A DNA stretch of 53,643 bases from a virus (Duplodnaviria > Caudoviricetes): IMG/VR virus record IMGVR_UViG_3300011115_000699, positions 1 through 53,643 of that record. One strand, given 5' to 3'. Below, piece after piece: positions 30,619 through 36,767 of this stretch. The notes beneath the pieces were generated by a model. That model saw only the letters and a list, made by a program, of their open reading frames with translations, ran no database searches and was not told the origin of the DNA. The position numbers and the translations under genes are program-made. Numbering within the stretch: position 1 is the stretch's first letter; every line of letters starts with the position of its first letter.

Positions 30619-30858
30619 GAGACCTTGCCCTGTACTTGCGTGAGTCCTGTGTGGTCTTGTGTGGGTGTGTGATTCCAATTACCTGGCATATATACCTGCG
30701 TGTCTTGTGTGGGATGCTTCGCTATTGGGTGAACCTGGAATCCGTTGGTGGGTGTCCGCAAAGTGGGCTGGAATCCGCCGGGCAGCTGCCGACCTGATCG
30801 GTCGGTCTGGATCCGCAGACCTGATCCCCTCCCCTCCCCCGCCCTGATCGGAAGGCAT

Positions 30859-30887
30859 AAAAATACCCCGACTGGATGTCGGGGTAT
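30859..30887 (-). terminator. Intrinsic terminator
   Basis: ATACCCCGAC/GTCGGGGTAT stem followed by a T-run on the minus strand, just after ORF 30897. Confidence 0.8.
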
Positions 30888-30896
30888 CTGTTGGGG

Positions 30897-31127
30897 TTAG
30901 AGCGTTGGAACCGACAGGTTATCCTTGCAATAGCCCCAGCCCCTTAGGAACGCCAAGGTGCTAGCGCTATCCCCGGAATGTATCTGGTATCCCGCCCGCC
31001 CCGGCTGGATGTCATCGGTCAAATAGAGCGTATACCAGTATCCCGGCATATTCCCTTGAATCTGCAAGTCAAGCTTGAAAGCCCGCGCCTTGCGCATGAT
31101 GATAGTTTTGTATGGTTTACGTTCCAT
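30897..31127 (-). CDS. Hypothetical protein
   Basis: GGAGGGG SD; ATG directly after upstream TAA. Confidence 0.6.
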   Translation of the reverse strand: MERKPYKTIIMRKARAFKLDLQIQGNMPGYWYTLYLTDDIQPGRAGYQIHSGDSASTLAFLRGWGYCKDNLSVPTL

Positions 31128-31361
31128 TTACTTATTCCCCTCCAGATCCCGCAAGCAAGTATCAGCTGAGGTATTGACAGCACACCACCAACCGAGCGTA
31201 TTCCAGCAACCATAAGCCGTCAAGCCCAGCACCAACAGTGCGAACACTTGAAACCAACTCCCCCAAAAGATGAACACGGCAACGTAGACGAATAGAGCTG
31301 AGGAAAGCGCAAAGCCTACCAACAGCATAACGATTCCCAAAATAGCGAGTGCATTTTTCAT
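31128..31361 (-). CDS. Small two-TM membrane protein
   Basis: Two hydrophobic helices; AAAGGA SD plus TACGTTATG. Confidence 0.65.
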   Translation of the reverse strand: MKNALAILGIVMLLVGFALSSALFVYVAVFIFWGSWFQVFALLVLGLTAYGCWNTLGWWCAVNTSADTCLRDLEGNK

Positions 31362-31411
31362 AACGTATTTCCTTTAGTTGCCGGGGATATTTCACCCCGG
31401 CAGATTCCCAA

Positions 31412-31885
31412 CTAGCGTGATTCCCCAGCGTATAAACAATCCACAAGGCACAGCGGAAGATCAGTAATATTGATTTCTGATTTGATGTAATGAATCACTT
31501 TCGCGATGATTTCAGATGCAGACTCCGCCGTCAGTCTGTCATCTTGAATATTTACCCCAAGCTCTTCATTTGTATACCCAAGGATACAGGAGACGACATT
31601 TGAAGAATCACCAAACCATTCCCCGATTTCGTCTAGGATAGTTTCGATTTCGTAGAATCCCCCGCACCCTTTATCACCGTCAAGCGTCAAGGTTCCGTTA
31701 TCATAAATCATCTGCAAAATAGAATCATGGTCTAACAACTGAATAAAGCCCGGACATTTCTTATTTGTAATAATGTCGCCGGCAACCCCTAGCAGAATGC
31801 TAATGGATGTCAGATCACAGCACGTCAAGGGCTGCGTTACAAGTTGCAGATCAGGTGCGATTTGCAAGCGTGAACCGGTGTTCAT
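31412..31885 (-). CDS. Acidic hypothetical protein
   Basis: GGGAG SD plus TACGTTATG. Confidence 0.65.
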   Translation of the reverse strand: MNTGSRLQIAPDLQLVTQPLTCCDLTSISILLGVAGDIITNKKCPGFIQLLDHDSILQMIYDNGTLTLDGDKGCGGFYEIETILDEIGEWFGDSSNVVSCILGYTNEELGVNIQDDRLTAESASEIIAKVIHYIKSEINITDLPLCLVDCLYAGESR

Positions 31886-32101
31886 AACGTATATACTCCC
31901 AACTAAGTCACAAGCGTTGGAACGATTCCAACGTCTATAGGTTCGACAGCAGATCAGGTATTTCCTTCCGAGTCGGACATATATTTTCAGTTATTTTTTC
32001 CGGCTGGATCAGGGCTGGATTTACTAGCGGGGTATATAGGCGCGATTTGTACCGCCACGCAGCTACACAGTCCGATTTTTGCCGGGGGAGGGGTCGGGTT
32101 T

Positions 32102-32241
32102 CAACCGACTTCGCTTCGCTCAGTCGTTGTAGCCTACGGCTCTAAGACTGCCAGGTTGTGGGTGTGTGCTTCCTTGTTCTCTTCGTCCTTGTCGTCCTTC
32201 GCTTCGCTCAGGCCGAGAGTCCTCGGTCGGCTTCGCCTCCC
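32102..32241 (-). repeat. Second cluster of GNA-loop DNA hairpins
   Basis: 32102-32129, 32131-32141 (no GA pair), 32192-32216, 32225-32241. Confidence 0.75.
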
Positions 32242-32445
32242 TTCGGTTCCTTGTGTACTTACTTGCCTCCTTCCTACTTCCTCTTCCTTTTGTGTGCGTG
32301 TGGGGGGTGTGGCAACCCCCACCCCCGTATATATGTACCATTCCCCCCGTCCCCTACAGAACATCTCCTTACTTCTTACTTCTCCAACTGTAGAAACAAC
32401 CACACTCCCCAAAAATAGATGTATACTTGCGTGGGAGGTAACTTT

Positions 32446-32703
32446 ATGGTTACGATTGACAAGGCTCTGCGGCATTTGATGATTGGCAAGCCTGTGCGTC
32501 TCGCGTACTGGCAAGACAACGAATACTTGCGGTATTCAGAGTTGTTTGAAGTGTACGAGATGGTATGTGGTGGGGAAAAGCATCACCTGGAGCAGTTAAA
32601 CCTCCCTGGCGAGAGTTTCTGCGCTCCTGAGTGGGTATTGGGTGAGTTTGATCCAGTGCGTGAGGATGTTATCCATTGGAGTGAAGATGCCGAAAAGAAG
32701 TAA
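32446..32703 (+). CDS. Tad2/DUF2829-like protein (divergent)
   Basis: KALRHLMIGKPVRLAYW..SFCAPEWVL; TATACT and GGAGG upstream. Confidence 0.45.
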   Translation: MVTIDKALRHLMIGKPVRLAYWQDNEYLRYSELFEVYEMVCGGEKHHLEQLNLPGESFCAPEWVLGEFDPVREDVIHWSEDAEKK

Positions 32704-32896
32704 TTGGACAGAGGAGCAGAGACAACGAGAGCGTAATACTGACAAGGTGCGCCGTGACTCTGTTGAATACGATGTGTTCGACCAGGATGGGTACAAGATC
32801 AAGTCCTACAGCAAGAAGGTTAGTGCTGAGATTTGGTGCAACGACCACGATGGTCATACGTTTCTGAGGACGTACTTGCGTGATAAGCATGGATAA
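32687..32896 (+). CDS. Hypothetical protein
   Basis: GGAG SD before ATG 32687. Confidence 0.5.
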   Translation: MPKRSNWTEEQRQRERNTDKVRRDSVEYDVFDQDGYKIKSYSKKVSAEIWCNDHDGHTFLRTYLRDKHG

Positions 32897-33287
32897 GCGT
32901 AGGAAATTGACTGATGCCCAAGTAGATGGGATTCGTGAGATGCTTGCCGAAGGGCATACCTTGGAGCGCATTGCCAGAGAGTTTAATGTCAGCGATAGTC
33001 ATGTCCACCGGATCAAGGATGCACACAGTAAGGGTGAAGTAAAACTCAAGCGTTCATCTTTGTCGAGCTGCATGAATCTGATTAAGGCTGGTATGCCATT
33101 CAAGCGCGTTGCTTGGGGAGACCACTTCTATTACTTCTATGACACCGAGGAGTCTTGGTTTATAAAGCATAGATGTCTAGGGGAACATGGCGATGACTAC
33201 GAGATTATTGAGTACACGCTCGATCTTAGTATGGAGGACCTGATGGCGAAGGACTGGGTTGTACTTACGTGGGAGTCAGTAGAATGA
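32889..33287 (+). CDS. HTH domain fused to Tad2/DUF2829-like domain
   Basis: KLTDAQV..IREM..G.TLERIAREFNVSDSHVHRIK, then LIKAGMPFKRVAW..LSMEDLMAKDWVV. Confidence 0.7.
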   Translation: MDKRRKLTDAQVDGIREMLAEGHTLERIAREFNVSDSHVHRIKDAHSKGEVKLKRSSLSSCMNLIKAGMPFKRVAWGDHFYYFYDTEESWFIKHRCLGEHGDDYEIIEYTLDLSMEDLMAKDWVVLTWESVE

Positions 33288-33517
33288 CTGGACTAGAAGC
33301 ACTGGAGTTATTGAGAAATAGCGACACTAAAGTTAAACGTGCCGAATGGCGAGATGGTGAATACCTAAGAGCATATGGTAACGGTCAAGGCATATGTCCA
33401 TCAGTAGGCTATCACCGTAAACGGGGAGAGGACTGTTACTATCCAGAGGATGCAGTTACTTTAACCGATGACATTTTAAACGACTTTACAGCAGATGACT
33501 GGGAGGTAGTGGCATGA
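33284..33517 (+). CDS. Tad2/DUF2829-like protein
   Basis: EALELLR..KVKRAEW..DFTADDWEVV. Confidence 0.65.
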   Translation: MTGLEALELLRNSDTKVKRAEWRDGEYLRAYGNGQGICPSVGYHRKRGEDCYYPEDAVTLTDDILNDFTADDWEVVA

Positions 33518-33774
33518 AGTTTGAGGTCAACGCAGTAATGAAAATTGGACACGACGAGGACTTATACGAAGCAGTCTCCGTCTTGTCAAAGTACTTTACT
33601 GAGAATCCAGATGAACCATATGTGGAGCTTATTTACGATCGAGATGGCGTAAAAGAAGTGGTTGGCAGGATCAACAACCCGCAGTTCACCGAACTTATAT
33701 ACGCTGTTAGTTATGGGCTTGATAAGTTGAAACGCAAAAACGCAATACGTACTGTGGAGATAAAGAAGCAATAG
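33514..33774 (+). CDS. Hypothetical protein
   Basis: GGAGG SD, ATGA coupling. Confidence 0.6.
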   Translation: MKFEVNAVMKIGHDEDLYEAVSVLSKYFTENPDEPYVELIYDRDGVKEVVGRINNPQFTELIYAVSYGLDKLKRKNAIRTVEIKKQ

Positions 33775-33775
33775 A

Positions 33776-33982
33776 TTGAAAAAAGGACAGCCAATTAAGC
33801 CAACTGGCTTCGCTAAAACCTTTGCTAAAAAGTTACACGATGCAGCTTCTAGTAAAGGAAACGCAGAGATGTTTATGCGGAAGGACGTGTACGACCATCT
33901 TGTTGACGCCAACAAAAAGGGTACATCCACGGTAACATCAGAGGGATCGAAAGATCAGTTAACGAAAGGCCAGAAAACCTAG
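33776..33982 (+). CDS. Small basic hypothetical protein
   Basis: TTG start after upstream stop; Lys-rich. Confidence 0.45.
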   Translation: MKKGQPIKPTGFAKTFAKKLHDAASSKGNAEMFMRKDVYDHLVDANKKGTSTVTSEGSKDQLTKGQKT

Positions 33983-34004
33983 TTAACTTTGGACTCTGCA
34001 AAAG

Positions 34005-34034
34005 AAAGACCAGCCGGCCACGCTGGTCTTTTTT
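34005..34034 (+). terminator. Intrinsic terminator
   Basis: AAAGACCAGC/GCTGGTCTTT stem plus T-run. Confidence 0.7.
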
Positions 34035-34047
34035 GTTATACTAGGGT

Positions 34048-34434
34048 ATGTCCAGTGCAGTAAAAAAAGACCCAGCAAAATGGAAGCGTGTTGTTGCTAG
34101 TGTCAAATCCGGAACCAAGGGTGGAGACCCAGGTGAATGGTCTGCTCGCAAAGCGCAACTCGCTACACAGAAGTACAAGGCATCTGGTGGTGGCTACGTA
34201 GGTCCTAAGACAGCAGACAACAGTCTAGCGAAATGGACGGATCAGAAGTGGCGTACAAGCGATGGGACGCCCAGTGAAGGCAAGAAACGCTACCTTCCAG
34301 ATAAGGCTTGGTCAACTCTTTCTAAATCGGAAACGGTTGCTACCAACAAAGCAAAAGCAGCTGGAAACAAGGCTGGTAAACAGTACGTTCCACAACCTAA
34401 AGCAGTAGCACAGAAGGCAGCCAGACATCGATGA
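34048..34434 (+). CDS. Basic phage protein (DUF5872-like)
   Basis: GEWSARKAQL..YK..GGGY..SLAKWT.QKW..RYLP; TGT-TATACT 5 nt before ATG. Confidence 0.7.
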   Translation: MSSAVKKDPAKWKRVVASVKSGTKGGDPGEWSARKAQLATQKYKASGGGYVGPKTADNSLAKWTDQKWRTSDGTPSEGKKRYLPDKAWSTLSKSETVATNKAKAAGNKAGKQYVPQPKAVAQKAARHR

Positions 34435-34646
34435 TTAAACGTAACATCCACGATGTGGGTCCATTCAATGTCCCCTTGAAAACAAAGGTCAGCATTGACC
34501 TGGCAAGCAAACTAAAACAGTACTGCCTGAAGAATGGACTACCAGAAGACTTCGTTGTCCGAGCCGCCATTGCCATACACCTGGCGATTAAGAACGAAGA
34601 CAAAGAAGAAGATGTCCAATACGACGAAGTCGGGCCTGGAACATAA
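34431..34646 (+). CDS. Hypothetical protein, possible ribbon-helix-helix
   Basis: KTKVSIDL..KLKQYC..G..VVRAAI pattern. Confidence 0.45.
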   Translation: MIKRNIHDVGPFNVPLKTKVSIDLASKLKQYCLKNGLPEDFVVRAAIAIHLAIKNEDKEEDVQYDEVGPGT

Positions 34647-34671
34647 AAAAGCGCACCACCCGGTGCGCTTT
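34645..34671. terminator. Bidirectional terminator between convergent genes
   Basis: A6-GCGCACC-ACCC-GGTGCGC-TTT. Confidence 0.75.
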
Positions 34672-34674
34672 CCT

Positions 34675-35310
34675 TTACTGTATGTAATGCGCTTCAAACG
34701 CAGCAGTCGTTACTGGTAGTACATCTTTCAGTACATTCCAGCAGTCCGTAGCAAGCTCTCGATGCTCTTCTTGGGTATGTTCATCCATACGTACACGGCA
34801 GTAATGCAACCAATCACGCACAGTACCCTTCATGTACAACCTGGTGCCTACACACATAGGTAGAACCATCCTGGCTGACTCAAGGGCTACACCGTGCTTG
34901 ACAAGGTCATCGTAGGCACGAACGGCAACCAGGATCGATGCCAACGCCTTGTTGTCCATCTCAAGTTGTGTTTCTTCATCCTCAAATGAAACACTGCCTT
35001 GACGGTTAGTTGAACCTTTGCGGCGCATCGATGGCAAGTCCAACTCAATCTTGCCAGGGTTAGCATACCGTTGACTAAATTCTTGAAAATGGAAGCTCCT
35101 GTGACGCAAGATCTGTGCTGAGATTGCCCTGGACGTGTAGATTTCCATCGTCACGTCAACCATCTCAAACACGCTCCAATGCCCATGTTTGATGCAGTAC
35201 GTGAGTAACTTCTCGTAGTCAGGGTTATCTGGGTTACTCGATGAAACCCGCGCAAGATGAATCATAAACTTCTCTGCGTCAGGCTGTATGTGCTTTAGTG
35301 TTGCTGCCAT
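34675..35310 (-). CDS. thyX: FAD-dependent thymidylate synthase
   Basis: GHWSVFE, QILRHRSFHFQEFSQRY, ESARMVLP. Confidence 0.96.
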   Translation of the reverse strand: MAATLKHIQPDAEKFMIHLARVSSSNPDNPDYEKLLTYCIKHGHWSVFEMVDVTMEIYTSRAISAQILRHRSFHFQEFSQRYANPGKIELDLPSMRRKGSTNRQGSVSFEDEETQLEMDNKALASILVAVRAYDDLVKHGVALESARMVLPMCVGTRLYMKGTVRDWLHYCRVRMDEHTQEEHRELATDCWNVLKDVLPVTTAAFEAHYIQ

Positions 35311-35715
35311 CTAAACTCCTGTACTTCCAAATCCACCTGTGCCACGCTTGAGCGCGTTCTTCTCTACTGGTTGCACCAACGTCATCTGTAACAGTTGAGC
35401 AACGCGATCACCACGCCTGTATTCAAAGGTGGTCTTGCCCAGGTTACACAACAACACGCCGACATGACCGTCATAGTCAGCGTCAATCACACCAGGTGCA
35501 TTGATTACAAACACACCTTTACTTGCCATCCCAGACCTACTGCACACCAGGCCCACAGTGTTCTCTTCAAGCAACACCTTGATGCCAGTCGCTACGTGTA
35601 CAACATTGTTCGGTTCCACGCGCCCGTCATCGATAGCGCGTAGGTCGTAACCTGCTGATTTAGACGTCGCTCGCGTAGGTATAAACCCATTCAACTCAAC
35701 TACAAAGTTCATCAA
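35311..35715 (-). CDS. dut: Trimeric dUTPase
   Basis: AGYDL, RSG, GVIDADY, RVAQL, RGTGGFGSTG. Confidence 0.96.
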   Translation of the reverse strand: MMNFVVELNGFIPTRATSKSAGYDLRAIDDGRVEPNNVVHVATGIKVLLEENTVGLVCSRSGMASKGVFVINAPGVIDADYDGHVGVLLCNLGKTTFEYRRGDRVAQLLQMTLVQPVEKNALKRGTGGFGSTGV

Positions 35716-35728
35716 TCCCTCCTTCCAC

Positions 35729-35771
35729 AGGATACCACGCAGGTACGTACCGGTGATATAATACTTGCGTG
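35729..35771. promoter_or_regulatory. Divergent promoter region with inverted TACYTGCGTG boxes
   Basis: CACGCAGGTA (35736) and TACTTGCGTG (35762) flank TGA-TATAAT (35757); TGG-TATCCT on the minus strand. Confidence 0.6.
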
Positions 35772-35793
35772 ATTATCCACACGGAGGTTTCTA

Positions 35794-36096
35794 TTGATTA
35801 CTATTGCAAGGGCTGATCGCAGCTGCAATGTCACTGTGAAGATTCAGCATCTTCCTGATGGTGTGTACTTCCACATCACTGCGCCCAACGAAACCGTAGC
35901 CGAGCGTTACACTCCTGTCCAGGCATGGAATTTCCTGTACAGTTGCGTAGAACTTGGTGATGTAACTATCCCTACAAAGACGCTTCTTGAGATTGCCGAC
36001 ATGGTAATCCAGTACTTTGCACCACAAAAACGTGCAACGCCTGTGAGTGTTGAGATGGGATCGATGTCCTTTGATGGAGGAGATATCGATGGTTAA
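35794..36096 (+). CDS. Hypothetical protein
   Basis: GGAGG SD before TTG. Confidence 0.55.
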   Translation: MITIARADRSCNVTVKIQHLPDGVYFHITAPNETVAERYTPVQAWNFLYSCVELGDVTIPTKTLLEIADMVIQYFAPQKRATPVSVEMGSMSFDGGDIDG

Positions 36097-36499
36097 TCGT
36101 GTAGTCCTTACAGGGCGCCTGTGCGCTGATCCAGAGCATAAGACATCAGCCGCTGGCAAGTCTATCTGCTCGCTTCGTATCGCTGTGGACCGCAAAGGTC
36201 GCGAGAAGGAGACGGACTTCTTTGACGCGACGGCTTTTGGTCAGGTCGCTGACTTTGTTGGCACCTACATCAAGAAGGGTCGCATGGTTGGTATCGATGG
36301 CAAGCTGCGCACCAGGGAATACGAAGCCAAAGATGGTACACGCCGTAAGGTGTACGAGATCATCGTGGATGATGTAACCGCTCTTGATCGTCCAAAGGAC
36401 GGTGACCCAGGTGGATTCACCGAGCAGTCAAGCGGAATCAAGCCAGCTGCAAAGCCCCAGGCCCAGACCCAGGATATTGATGACCCATTCGCGGAATAA
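36089..36499 (+). CDS. ssb: Single-stranded DNA-binding protein
   Basis: NRVVLTGRL..DPE, TDFF, KGRMV..G.L.TREY, acidic tail DIDDPFAE; GGAGG SD. Confidence 0.96.
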   Translation: MVNRVVLTGRLCADPEHKTSAAGKSICSLRIAVDRKGREKETDFFDATAFGQVADFVGTYIKKGRMVGIDGKLRTREYEAKDGTRRKVYEIIVDDVTALDRPKDGDPGGFTEQSSGIKPAAKPQAQTQDIDDPFAE

Positions 36500-36529
36500 A
36501 ACACGCAATTAGACATCAAATAAAACAAG

Positions 36530-36561
36530 AAACACTCCCTCAACTAAGGGAGTGTTTTTTT
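36530..36561 (+). terminator. Intrinsic terminator (probably bidirectional)
   Basis: AAACACTCCCT/AGGGAGTGTTT stem plus T-run. Confidence 0.75.
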
Positions 36562-36767
36562 ACTTTGTCAACAATCTGATCAGACAACTCTTCGTCATCA
36601 GTCAGCTCTACAACCAAGTACCAGATTGCTTTGTGAAGATCCTGGTTCTTGTACTGCTTGTGATTGCACCTGGCAACGTACTTGATTACGTTGAACAAGT
36701 GAGGGTTCAGACCCCAATCCATGGCAAATTTCCGTGGACTGGGACCTTTCCTGTAATGCTCAACCAT
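36540..36767 (-). CDS. DUF3310 family protein
   Basis: HY..NVIKYVAR..K..QDLHKAIWYL; likely start ATG 36767. Confidence 0.8.
   Translation of the reverse strand: MVEHYRKGPSPRKFAMDWGLNPHLFNVIKYVARCNHKQYKNQDLHKAIWYLVVELTDDEELSDQIVDKVKKHSLS

Noticed and set aside
30133-30847. ORFs on both strands of the central spacer
   Set aside because: SLRS/ERSE peptides are translations of the hairpin repeats; no convincing SD; region lies between a terminator and a promoter.
29661-31949. 15-bp exact repeat CTATAGGTTCGACAG at 29661 and 31935
   Set aside because: About one such match is expected by chance in a window this size, and one copy is inside a gene.
32120-32514. Several overlapping short ORFs
   Set aside because: Low-complexity translations of hairpins and skewed sequence.
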